A DNA stretch of 62,298 bases, the filler included, from Bipalium vagum (taxonomy: Eukaryota), in NCBI GenBank assembly GCA_037834085.1. It is 3 parts of 3 records of this genome, joined end to end, with 100 filler letters (N's around TTAATTAATTAA, not from the genome) between each part and the next. Parts side by side here need not be neighbours in the genome. Positions count along the whole stretch, not along the records: positions 1 to 26,388 come from JBBMKC010150371.1; positions 26,489 to 46,074 come from JBBMKC010272027.1; 1 more part is not named here. One strand, 5' to 3'. Position 1 is the first letter of the stretch. Each line of letters opens with the position of its first letter. Both the position numbers and the translations under genes were made by a program. A model generated the notes under the pieces. It saw nothing but the letters and a program-made list of their open reading frames with translations. It ran no database searches and was not told where the DNA came from. Below are positions 26,252 to 38,475 of the stretch, piece by piece.

Positions 26252-26388
26252 TGTTCAATATTTAGGGTATCAAATTTAACCTGACTCCAAAATCTTAGGT
26301 GGTGCAAATCTAAACAATCAGTAAAGCAACACTTGTATTTATACCACACCAAAATAAAATACAATACACTGAAATTCAAAAGGATAAT
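26252..26388. repeat. Dispersed repeat, copy 1 (possible LTR terminus); copy 2 at 62107-62298
   Basis: tgttcaatatttag.gtatcaaattt...cttaggtggtgcaaat...caatcagtaaagcaaca shared with 62107-62240; shared sequence starts at TG. Confidence 0.8.
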
Positions 26389-26488
26389 NNNNNNNNNNNN
26401 NNNNNNNNNNNNNNNNNNNNNNNNNNNNNNNNTTAATTAATTAANNNNNNNNNNNNNNNNNNNNNNNNNNNNNNNNNNNNNNNNNNNN
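26389..26488. other. 100-bp scaffold spacer: 44 N + TTAATTAATTAA + 44 N
   Basis: Six-frame-stop linker centred in the N-run; identical to the spacer at 46075-46174. Confidence 0.95.
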
Positions 26489-26899
26489 ATAATATAATTT
26501 TAGTTTTTATAATATATTTATTGCGTCGTATCTCTAAGAGAATTAACCACAAATATTAATGACTTTTGTTTAAATCATTAACCGTCATTTATTTTTTTTC
26601 TTCTTCTTATTATTATTAATTATTATTATTACTATTATTTGTTTATTTTATTATTTATTTTTATTAAATTTACAATTATTAATTTCATACTTAATAATAT
26701 TACGATTATTATGAGAACGAATAAAATTTGCGACTGAAACAGCTGGTACAGGGTCTTCCAAAAGAAGCTTTACTACTTTAAGTCACTATCTCTCCGTACA
26801 TAAAAATTAAAACGCCAAGTAATTTTATTTATACCTTTATTTAGTCACAGATATTACAAAAATTTATATTTTAAATATGATGTCATTAAAATGACCGCG

Positions 26900-27460
26900 A
26901 GAGCCCATCCAAAAGTTTGGAGTTAGTCAAAATATTGAAAATCGGTAAATGGTTGCTTTGTGAATTGAACAAGCATTCATTGTGACATGCGATGGAAAAT
27001 AAATTGTTTACGATAACCGGCAGCGGTCATCACATGGCTCATCACCAGATGAAAATCAACATCAGTTCACAAAACTGAGATTGCACCAAAACAAGACTAT
27101 AGTGTCGGCTTTGTGGTCCACGGTCGGTCAGATTCATTATATCCTCTTAATTCAAGGATGAGCTATGACATGTGATAGATTTCGTCACGACAATCCCCTG
27201 ACACACGTTGCAAAACAATCTCTGCACAAACTTAATGAATTTTGGTGTGATAGTCTGCCCCTTCCAGCGTACTCACCGGATCTGTGGCCCTGTTGACTAT
27301 CATTTTATATCATCTTTCCAACTTCCTGCAATAGAAAATCTGTTACAACAGTGGTGTTCAGAATCTCCTTCCGCAAGTTTTTCGATTCCACGATGACGGA
27401 ATTCAACGCTATTGGAGTAAAAACTTATTTCTTGTTGTCCAGGATCGTATTTTAAATGAA
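26900..27460 (+). mobile_element. Degenerate mariner fragment
   Basis: IVTCDGK*IVYDNRQRS, HDNPLTH and LPAYSPDL motifs. Confidence 0.75.
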
Positions 27461-29065
27461 GCACTTTCCTGTCTTCTGAGACTTTAAAGATTATTTATTT
27501 ATTTTATATTGATGAGATATGATTCAGCAATGGGCCCTGTCCTGCTGAGTCGTTTATAAGCTTTTCTTTTCGGGCCTATCAGTCGACCCAGAAACCCATC
27601 GGCAGGTCTTTCCTTTGTTAATTATTTTATTTTTCTATTTGTGTTTTTTTCCATTAATTAATCTTAACTTTACTTGACCGTTTATTGATTTATTTGATTT
27701 TTGGACGATTTGATATTGATAGTAATTGTGCATTATGATATTATTGTTTCGATCATGTTTATCGCGATTATTGTTCGTTTGACTTCATTTTTGTCTTCGA
27801 ATATTATTACCGTTTGGTTACCGTTGATTGAGGTATTGTTGCTTGTTTTTAGAGTCACCTTGTGATAAATCAATAAAGGTTTATTGTGATTCATTCATAC
27901 AATAAGGGTTATTGAGATTATTTTGATTCGATAAAGGTTATTGAGGTTAACTTTTTTCATTAATTAAAGAGCACACTAGAAACATATACATGTGACATGG
28001 TCAGTAGCAATGAGCTCAATGTTATATAGAATTAGCAGAATGCATTTTAAAAAAGAATCATGAGGTAAAAAAAATAAGAGTGAATAGTTAATGATTTTGT
28101 GCACACTGAGATCGGATAACGTCTTCAGAAACCGGTTATTGTTCTTCCTAATACTTGATTGGTGTGTGCAACCAATCAGATTACAGTCTGAAGATGATAA
28201 GCCAACCATTTTGTGCTATCGCTTTTGGTGCCAGTTTGTTTTATCTTCCTGATCAATTATCAGGATCACTTTCATATTTACTCACTTTATTTTTATAATA
28301 AAATATAAACAATCACAAATACAATCGTCAATGGTAACGGATTCGATACATGATTGAATTGTAAAATGAGGATTACAAGTACGGTAATCCGGTCATTTAA
28401 AGAGATGTTTTAAAGAATCGTTTTCTGTTCTAAATACTGATGGAGACAGATAAAGGAAATATTGTTACGAAAAACACATGGTCTGAAAAAAGAAGTCATT
28501 TCTGTCCTAACATAAAGTACAAAGACGTTCCTCATCAATTAATGCATTATTCAAATCAGTGTCAACCGTTGATGTCTTTCAAGAAAAATTAAACATTTTA
28601 GAATTAATTACTTGGCCGAGCTAAATTGCTCTCTTTTCCATCAAAAGGGAAAGCATTGATTATTAAAGAAAATTATAGTTCGAAAACAAATACTTTCAGT
28701 TACCTCCATACACAATTAGAAGGTCTAATCGTTATCGATCCTTCTTCACAGCATCTTTGACTGTTCCCGTAACGGACTCTCTGACCAATGAGACAACCAG
28801 AATTCTCTGAAGACAACTTTTATGGTGAATACTTCTCTTTTCGTTCATTTAGTGCATAATTATCTGAAACGATGAAAACAATGGAAAGTACAATTAAAGG
28901 AAGGACACATGTAGAACTCTTTCAAAGTTTCTCAAAGAATTTCAATTCAAGTGGAAAAATATAATGGTAATAATTATATCTCGAGACTCCTTGTCTAGTA
29001 CATTTTTTGAGCTTGTTTCCTCATATTTTATTGTATGAGGGAAATAAATGTCATTGTTGAGAACA

Positions 29066-29560
29066 TCGGGGGTACAGGTAAGTAATGCGGACGATTTTTG
29101 ATAAGCACGACCATTTCAAAAGCTTCATTAAAAATAATTTATTCAAAGAAACAGGTATAACTAACAACACATTTCTTTCATCCTTCAGTTAATTTATGGA
29201 GACCGTCCCAAAAGGACTTCCTTGGTCTCAGAAGGTCCACCATAGACGTTCCGCAATGTAGCATTGATTCAGGTGGACTAGTTGGTTTTAATAGCGCTTA
29301 GATTTAACTGTTTCACATGGTTTAAGAACTTCGTGGAACCAATCGCAGAAAATTGTTTTCTTTCCAAACTGGTTTGGTCTTGTAGTCTGTTCTGACGCTT
29401 GACCTGGGTTAACCAGTGACTTCACCCGTTCGAGATATTTAAAAACATTCTTTTTTCATCGCCTTTCGAAATTCGATGCAAAAATACTTTTCGTACCGTT
29501 GTGACGACATTCCATCAACCGCTGGCAATGAGTCTCTTAGTCGTTTGTCAGACCCAAACC
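29066..29560 (-). mobile_element. Internally deleted Mos1-like mariner fragment
   Basis: Minus-strand KVFLHRI, KSLVNPGQASEQTTRPNQFGKKT, EVLKPCETV and FWDGLHKLTEG*KKCV. Confidence 0.75.
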
Positions 29561-29719
29561 AGTACGCGCCTTTGGAGAACTTAACAATGTTAAAAATTAA
29601 AACAAATTTCTTTAAATATACTTTATAATTTTCAGTTACTCTTTCTTTTAAATGAAATGAAATGTTATAAATTTAAAATGAGATGGTTGACCTTGTAGGA
29701 TTTTTAATCAATATATTAA

Positions 29720-29992
29720 TTTTAAACTTTATCGCTCCTTCTGACTACGGAATTTATTGTTTTCCGCAAAATAGTTTAGATTTTCAGTTTTTGGAAGATT
29801 TTGAAGTTCATCTGGAAAAGTATCTCACCTACGAAAGTCTTGACTGTTGGTATCATGATACTATCCAATCAATAGAGACACATTATCGAACAAAATGATG
29901 CATATATTGTACAATTAGTTGATTAAGTGCTCTAAATGATTTCATTTCATTTTCTTCATAAAGACCGAAAAAGGCTTATTTTCAACATAATA
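29720..29992 (+). mobile_element. Mariner 3' remnant
   Basis: IAPSDYGIY...QNSL motif in ORF 29683-29898. Confidence 0.55.
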
Positions 29993-30264
29993 CTATTATA
30001 AATAAGAAAAGAAACAGGTAGTTATGGGGTCTTACTTAAATCACTTTATTCACCATCATTTGATTTTACCTTGTTTCGTTCTTTGAGAGAGATTATTGGC
30101 GATAAGCACTCTTCTTCCAGTCAACAATTTTCTCTATTGATGAATTTTTTTGAGCAGCGGAGTCCACCGATGGCCCGAAGAATGGTAGTGCCAGTCAAAA
30201 ACACTAATAGAAATATTTTTTATAATTTTTTCATATTATATAACATTATTTTTTTTCCATAAAG

Positions 30265-33200
30265 GATGAAAAATCTCGAAATGCTTTTATACAGTTGCTG
30301 TTATCTCGCAACGCTGATCCTAACATGCAAGATGACGAAGGGAGGACAGCGCTGAGCTATGCCTGCGAGCTTCTCTTGAAGGACGTCATTAAAATCCTGA
30401 TTCGCTCAAATGCTGATCCAAATATTCTGGATAAAAATGGTCAGTTTTGTTTTCTTCAAATTTTTCGGAATATCAAAAGAACAGTACTTGAATAAAACTC
30501 ATTTTCAAAATATTCATCATTACAAACTATCCACCTCTACGTTTGCCTAAACCATGTCTCATCCAACCAGGGGTGCTCAACAGGTGTCTTTATAATACCT
30601 CTACAACCTTTTTAAAGGTGAAATCAATGACCGTGAAGTTTATATTTTGCGGCAGAAAATGTAGTACTATTAGACAGATGTCTCTGTAATTAGACGTTTT
30701 CACTTGCCAAATAATCGATGTAAAACTATTTTTGGAAGTGTCTCGCGATCGAACAACCTCGACCGGCACTATTTCTCCTTGGATAACCCAAGAGTTGAAT
30801 GCTTTTTTTCAAATAATATCAAATCCACGTTTAATCACAGGTGATGATATTATAGCTATGTCTCGATATTTGATACGACGTTCTTGAATATATCAAATGG
30901 AGATAACAAGGTTTTCACAAATAATTGTCCAATATAATTAAGTCTGTTGAAGTTTGGATGGATGACTTTCGTTGCATCATCTTCTTGATTACATTTAAGC
31001 TGAATGGTCAAACAGTAATGAGACAAAGGATAATAGCAATCTCTCTTTGTCAGTTACCAATGGTATACTCCTAATTCATCTGTACAATGGTATTGTATAT
31101 TATATGGCAGTGTTCCTCAACCTCTTTAATCATCACACACTTAGGCATATTGAACTGATTTTATTGGACACCGATACAAATTCGTTAATTTAGAATGAGA
31201 TAAATGTGATCGAAGAAACAAAAGTTTGCAATTTTTGACTGAATGTCTGAGCAATAATAATAAGAGTTTAGAGATATTATATTCAAATGTACAGGCGGAA
31301 ATATTTTTTATACACCTATTATAATTATTGAAAGTCATATTTGTAATTAGAAAAATAATGTTTTATTGATTTAAAATGAATGATTCTTTTATTTGTTAAT
31401 AAATTATTGTGAACATTTATGACACTTATACTTCCTATTTTATAATAAGGAAGAAACATAATTAAACTACATTTTAATATGGAAAATTTTTTGTACAATT
31501 AATAAAAAATTTTGATACACACAAAGTTACATTAATTATACAAATGTCCTTTTTTTATTAATATTTTTTAAAGTCTTTCTCTAAATATATGGTACAAATT
31601 TCTGGAAAAATCCCGCCTTTCAGAATTTATTCGGTCATCTGCTTCAAATAATCTTTCTTTTAAAATTTTAAGATTCTTCGGTTTACTATTGGACTAAATT
31701 AGATCTGAAAACATTTTCCAAATGTATATCTACATTTATGAGACATAAAGGTTATCAAAAGTAATCTTTCATCTCACATGATTGTCCATTAATTCACCAT
31801 TCACTTTTTCTCAGGAATAAGCCCCTTAATGTACTGTGCCAAAGTCGGAAATGAGACTGGGATAGGAATATTGTTAAAGAGTTTTCGACGGTTGGGATTA
31901 AATGTCGATCAAACCTCTGCTGATGGTTACACTGCTCTCCATTTTGCAGCCATCAATAAAAACGTTTATTGTGCTGCAAAATTATCGATGGACGGATACG
32001 CATCTGTTACAAAAGTGGACCAGAAATACGGAAAGACGGCTGAGGAATGGGCGCGATTAAAGGGATGTCGCACTCCAGAAATTGCTATGTTCTCCACCAG
32101 TTCTCAGAAGCTCCAAAGACTTCGTTATACGTCAAGAATTTATCCTAAGTAAGGAAAGAAATTGTTTTATTGCAACAAGATAATTATATTAATCATTAAT
32201 TTTTATTATTATTATTATACATACTAAATTGGTCCATTAATAGTAATTTATATACGGGGGTGGTTTGAAAAGTTCGCGAAATGAAAAAGTAAAATAAATT
32301 TTATTTCAATAAAAATCAAATTATTTTTCAACATAATCTTCCTCAAGATTAATGCACTTCTGTCAACGATGTACTAAGGACATTATGTCCTCTCGAAAGT
32401 CGTTTTTGTCAAATCTTCCAAAACAATGATTTACCTCTTCATGAACTTCGTCTTTTGTGGAAAAGCGCTTTCACCAAGAAAAGTGTTCAACTTTGGGAGC
32501 AGGTGAAAATCAGAGGGAGTCAAATCGGGTGAATATGGGAGATATTGAAGAAGTACTTTACTTCATTCTTTAATCTGTTGAGTTTTGCCATTGTAATTAA
32601 TGTCGTATGGGGACGTGCATTATTTTTGTGAAGAATGATCTTCTTTTTCTGCAAACAGGATCTTTTTTCATTAATGATTATATCTAACTTGTCCAACAGT
32701 TTCACCATTGATTGTATCTTTTTGGAGATAATTGATCATTAGAATTCCTTTGGCATCCTAAAATATTGATGCCATTACTTTACCAGCAGATTTAAGGGCC
32801 ATCTTTTTTTTTGCAGGTGGAGAGTTCCATGTTTCCACTGCTCAGTTTGTCTTTTGCTTTTTTGAGTGTAGTAATGAACCCAAGTGAAACATGCCAAACA
32901 AACTTGTCGTTAATATCTTTGTGACTAATTCAATTTTTCAAAATAAAATGTACCCGTTCGGTTGATATATTTATTCTGTATCCATACCGGATACCTTATA
33001 TCGACGATCTTGGAGAACTGCTTCATGTATTTTTTGAACGATTTCTGGAATACTAGACGATTTTGAGCAACCAGAAGGAAGGTCATCTTCCAGGCTTGTA
33101 CGACCATGTCTAAATTCTATAGCTCATTTATGGACAGTCATAACTTCAATGTTTCTGCCATGTCTTGATGGATTTGGGTATTTGAATATTTTTTTACTAA

Positions 33201-33305
33201 ATATTTGATCACTGTTCGAATTTCAAATTTTTAAAATAGTCAAAACTAATTAATTTAAATTGATTTAGAAAAACAAATACTTTACCAATTGATTCGATAT
33301 TTGAA

Positions 33306-33359
<54 letters not shown>

Positions 33360-35381
33360 TTATTTTTACGATAAATATGATATCTTAGTTATACAAATTT
33401 TATTTATGCTTCATTTCGCGAACTTTTCAAATCACCCACGTATTTCTTTCATTTGAAACTGTACTGTCGGTTCTTTTGTCCGGTGTGCTCACTTTGTATC
33501 TTTGGCATTCTATGCATGATTTTGTCACCCTCCCTATTATTTCTTTTAAGTACACCATGTCGCATCCTGTCTTCATGTATCTCAGTGTCTTCTCGAACCT
33601 GGTATGTCATAGTTTATTCTCTTCTGAATTTGGATCCAAACCTTCTCAGATGTTATTTAATCACACCATTCCGCATTTTAAAGAAATTCCTGTTTCCTTT
33701 GTCGATGCTGGCTTATATTTCTTTCATCTCCTTGTTATCTTTTTGCCATTTGAATCCTCTGACTTTGGTCACAGTGTTTTGTTGTCTTGTCTTAATTTTT
33801 TCTTGTTTCTCGTCTTTGTGTTGAATTTGACATTAAGTAAAATTTTCACAGTTTATTCTGAATAGTATACCTACGTTTCCTTATACATGACCCTTACGAT
33901 ATTGTAGATCAGTCTCCAGTCGTCTTGAGTTACTGAAGCATTATCGGTTTTTGTTATTCAACATTAAGATTATGGTCTTGTGATCAGTTCTTAGTATCAG
34001 GCTCTTCCCGTACAAGCAGTGTCTGAAGTGAACACAAAAAATATAGCCAACAGTTCCTTCATGTTGATGCAGCATCCCTTTTCGTGGGCGTTCATTGCAT
34101 GATATTCTTAGGTGATTACCATTTCGCTACTACCGTTTTTTTTTGTGATACCACTGCTCCTACTATGTCGAAGCTCGCATTCCTATCTAAAATGATTTGT
34201 TTCCGAATATCTAGGAACACTAGAACTGGGACTTCCCTTAATGAATTTTTCAAGGAATGGAACGCGTCTTAGCGGTGTACTGTCAAAATTATTTTGCCCT
34301 TGTTCCTGCAGCATAGTTCTTCCAGAATGATATCCAGCATCTTGTTGTGTTCCAGCATATTGTCGGAATATATCCAAATATCGTCCAAGTATATTATAAA
34401 TCCACGAACTCCTGTTAGCACCTTGACCATGAGCTCTTGGCATGTACTAGGTGCTGCAGCTATTACAAACGACATCCTATTAAGAGATTATTGTCCTGAT
34501 TTCGTTCAAAGCTTTGGCTTTTCTTGTGACGAATCATCAAAATCGACCCGGTAATTTGCGTTGGCCAGGTCGACTGTACGAACTATCGAGACAGTCTAAT
34601 AATTCTTCGATACTCGGCATCTGGAATGCTTGTCTCTCTGATATCGAGTTCAATTTTCTGAAATCTAAGTTTTTCTTTACTCTTTTACCGCACGCATACA
34701 AGTTTGGAGTTCCACCTTGAATTAAATCTACCTAGGATACCATTCTCCTTTAAATGTCGAATCTGTGCAATTACCTTGTCTTCGGTGTGTATTTAAAAAA
34801 ATAACAATAGAGTCCTAAATTATCAAAGTTAATCGCAGTCCAAATTGTTGTGTACCCCTTCACCTTATTTGTGTCCCTGATTTATGTCGTTTCCATCGGT
34901 CTAGGTCGCTATTCGTCTCGACGAAGTGCAGTCCCACTCACTCTCAGCAGTCGTTTTCGAAGAGTCTCAATCTCAATTTCAACAACCGCGAGGACAAACT
35001 ATTTCTGAATAAAACAGCGTCCGACGGGCAGCTTTTGCCGATTAAAACCTCTCCCAACAAGGTGACAATTTTCCACTGATCCATGTTGTCATGTTGACGA
35101 TTTTCGTTCAGAAATCTCGGAATTCCAAAAAGACGGGCAAAAAGGCCACCTCGCAAAAATCGACAACCGAAAAAGAGCTTCAAAGTGTATATATGGAGGC
35201 AAAGTCACTGTCAAAATCACTGATGCACCTGAATGTTGTGGCGAATTCCAACGCCGCAAGGAATTCGGGACCAAAGCGCAAAGAGTTTCAAGTCAACCCT
35301 CAGATGGTGCAACATCGTCATTCTCAACAATATTCAGGGTCCAGGAAAAGCTTGGTCTCAAGGAAAAGTCTTGAGATTTGA
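30265..35381 (+). CDS. ANKRD63: Ankyrin repeat protein, ANKRD63-like; exons 30265-30439, 31815-32148, 34905-35061, 35112-35381 (possible upstream exon 30140-30184)
   Basis: All introns GT-AG with matching phases (1, 2, 0), open to TGA at 35381. DEKSRNAFIQLLL...DDEGRTALSYACE...GISPLMYCA...LLKSFRRLGLNVD...GYTALHFAA matches ANKRD63 (DERGRTALSLACE, GNSPVMWAA, LVRSFRRLGLRLD); basic Ser/Lys-rich tail; AATAAA at ~35567. Confidence 0.8.
30600..30960 (-). mobile_element. Possible highly degenerate Merlin/ISXO2-like fragment in the ankyrin-gene intron
   Basis: Weak minus-strand WVIQG...EVVRSRD resemblance. Confidence 0.3.
32255..33440 (-). mobile_element. irritans-subfamily (Hsmar2-like) mariner, intronic, defective
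   Basis: TIRs cgggggtggtttgaaaagttcgcgaaatgaa / ttcatttcgcgaacttttcaaatcacccacg, TA TSD; HKNNARPH, YSPDLTPSDFHL and SAGKVMASIF*D motifs; (AAT)n at ~33308-33358. Confidence 0.92.
33450..34790 (-). mobile_element. Ty3/Gypsy pol relic (RT-RNaseH-integrase N-terminus), intronic
   Basis: RT FVIAAAPSTCQELM...IIYLDDIWIYS (34269-34475); RNaseH LYGKSLILRTDHK (~33975-34020); order RT>RH>INT on the minus strand. Confidence 0.85.
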
Positions 35382-37469
35382 GCCCGACGGTTTCCAAGTT
35401 TTGCGTAGCTTTCTATTTTCGAAAGATCATTTTAACGATATTTATCGCCTATTTTCTTATTTTATTGATTCAAAATATAAAGATCTTCATTCATTCGTTA
35501 ATGTGCACGTCAAGCTTTCGTTGTACCACAAATGAACGAAGGGTCAGGCCACAGAACAGTAATAACAATAAAAAAAATAATAAAATAATAATAATAATAA
35601 AGTTGAAGAGAAAAAAAATCATTTACCAAAGAAGATAATATTAAAGTAAACAAATTTTTTTCTTAAAAAATTTTTATTTACTTTGGACATTTTGAGGTTG
35701 ACTTTAAAACTAAGCAGACTGAGAGGCGAGCTGGAGTCCGGACACCATCAATTTGGTAGGAAAACACTGCCTGCCATTTCCCTAAATATTTTTGTTTCTT
35801 GCTTTAAAATCAGAACCAAAAATGGATAAAAATGAAAGTCGACCTATCCCTTCTGTACTAACATATTTTATTATATAAAAGAAAAAGAATTCCCATCATT
35901 ATTTTTACCCTTAATCACCTTTCTCCTTCAAGGTCTTCTCACTGTTGACTACGCAACGTTTTGATGAGTTTCCTTTTATTGAAAAGGGTACATAAAAATT
36001 TGATTATATATAAATTAATAGGAACTATATAATTATATAAACTATATAAATTATAACATAAATATTACTGGTCCATTGCGGGGAGCTTTGAAAGGAACGA
36101 AAATTTGCGTCTAATCAGTCAATAGTTATAAACCTATTCTGCTGCACGATCACTCCAGATCACATGTGCAAATTAATGTGACTAAATTAAAGCGATCGAT
36201 TGGTCAAAGATCGTTTTAAGAAGAGGTCCCAAAACTCAGAAGCGCAGAACAAAATAGTTATCTTAAAGTCAAAGATTCATATTTGTGAAATTTCATCACT
36301 AGGTGGGAATTTATGATTATTGTGCAGGTTAGCTGATATTATGATAATATATGTTAGATACTGGGCTCGAACTCCCTGAGCGAGGTTGTTGACCAACAAG
36401 TTCCTTAAAAACCATTGGCCTACCAGGAAGCCTTAGCTGAAGTCAGTTTTATGATGTCCTTCGCTTAGATTGTAACTTTGAAGTCATTTTCTAAATTTTA
36501 TCTTTCCCATTAATTTTATCAAGAGTCAAATTCATTAAATTATAAAAGTAGAAACATTAAACAAATGATTAATTTTAGTAAAAGAGATAAAATAGTTCAT
36601 TGTGTTCAATAATTGTAAATTGATTTCCAAGAGATTGTTTTGATAGGACAATATATATATCACATTGGATCATTAACATCTATTGGTTTGCAATCCATAA
36701 GAGAATGCATTTTTTAATGAGTTAGTACATAATTTTCATTATCTTAATATTCAAACAAACCTGTGTTAAACAATGAGATTTTAATTTCATTAGAAAATAT
36801 CTTTAAAAACATTAATCAATACATTAATTAAAATTTAAAATACTTTAAATTAAATTCTATAAAATCAATAAGACAAAATCGCTTACTTAAAATTTTAAAT
36901 ATTTATTATTCTTTACCAGTTTCAATATTAATAAACCGCTACATTATAAATTGAAATTTGTTACCTTTATAAAATGTGTAACTTTAAGCTCCCAATTTAC
37001 TGAATCATCACTAAAAGTTATTAACGTGTTCTTACATTTGAGAATCAGAATAACTAAATTTAACTTCATTGTATGAATCAAAATAATAGCAGTAAACATT
37101 TATTTCAAAAGTCAATAACTGAAATCGAAAAAGAAACGACGAAACTAAATGAACATAGTAGATAAAAAAATTACCGTATCTAACCACTGTGTGAATTATG
37201 AAGGAAAATAAAAACTTTAATTGACAAAATGTAAAATTTAATGCAAAACACAAAGAAAAATAACAAATCAACGATATTCTCACCCAGAGCGATCAATGGA
37301 TCCCCGAATCATTCACTGGACCCTGGATATTTGTCTATGGATTCCAAAACTCCACGGGACTCTCTGAATAAATTTTTGTATTCTAAAAATTTACAACAAT
37401 TCTCTTTGTTTTCTTATCTCTCTCATTTTTCTCCGCGGCTCCTTGTGTAAGAGTTTTTGTACACTTGAA

Positions 37470-38475
37470 GAATGACCAATGTTCCATCTGCGTTGAAACC
37501 GGTTCCTCTTGGACCAGAAGTTCCAATTCCAAATACACTCCATCATAAAGATTCTTCGTATGATTTATGTGAATATATAGATTTTATGGATAAATATGCA
37601 ACATATGAGCCAACAGCTGCCACAACTGAACCCATACCCTTTAACCAAGCTGAGTTGAACGACTTAATAAGAGATCTATGCTTGTCCAAGGAATCTGCTC
37701 AGCTGTTGGGATCTCGGCTGAAGGAAAATCATCTATTACATCCATCAGTGACATTCTCCTGGTACCGTAATTGTGAAGAAGAATTTCGTAAATACTTCAC
37801 ACTGCATAAAGAAGTATCGATAATTTACTGCAATGATATAAGCGGCCTTATAGCAGCTAGGGATTTTACATACAACCCTTTAGAATGGCACCTATTCATC
37901 GCCTCTTCATCCAGAAATCTGAAAGCTGTACTACTCTATAATGGTAACAAAGTTTCCTTTGTTTCGGTGGGCCACTCGATGAAAATGTCGGAAAACTATG
38001 GAAATATGAAGCTTCTTCCACGTAATTTAAAGTAGGAAAATCACAACTGGATGATATGTGGTGATCTAGGAACAAGGAGAGCGATTTCATCAAGACATTA
38101 GTGTTATGGAAGAAAGGTATCAGGGCCGCTGGGATGTGAACATGCTTGTCGACTATTGTTGGTGCCTCAAACGAGAAGATTCTGCTGCACAACGCAATCG
38201 AAAGTCGTTGAAAAAGCCCTTTCTTCCACCGTGTAATCTATAATAAATTATTATTGTTGCTTTGCAGATCTTTTGACAATTATAAACAGTATTGCACATA
38301 TAATCATAGTGTTTTTTATGTAATAATATATAACAATTTCAAATTGTTGTATCATAAAAACTAGACGTGAATAAAACAAACGAATTACTGATTTGAAATC
38401 AGCGCTAAATTTCCCTATAGAATCTGCTTAAAAAGTTCAAACCGCATAAAAAAAGTTTTCAAATGCAGACCAGTG
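37470..38475 (+). mobile_element. Chapaev3 (CMC superfamily) transposon fragment, 5'-truncated and internally deleted
   Basis: ELNDLIRDLCLSKESAQLLGSRLKE, EWHLFIASSSRNLKAVLLYNGN, WMICGDL joined directly to EQGERFHQDI...RYQGRWDVNMLVDYCW; 3' terminus ...gcagaccagtg followed by TTA. Confidence 0.8.

Noticed and set aside
26433-26444. Palindromic TTAATTAATTAA inside N-runs (also 46119-46130)
   Set aside because: Exactly centred in identical 100-bp spacers, with stops in all six frames: an assembly linker, not biology.
27525-27610. Hammerhead-like core (ctgctgagtcg...cgac...gaaac)
   Set aside because: CUGANGA is mismatched, extra bases precede GAAA, and no stem I or valid cleavage triplet can be formed.
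33453-33865. Two overlapping hydrophobic + strand ORFs of more than 120 aa
   Set aside because: Antisense shadows of the minus-strand Gypsy pol relic.
37283-37382. Minus-strand AG..GT-bounded segment as the missing SHOC2 terminal exon
   Set aside because: Stops occur in all three frames and there is no similarity to the SHOC2 C-cap.
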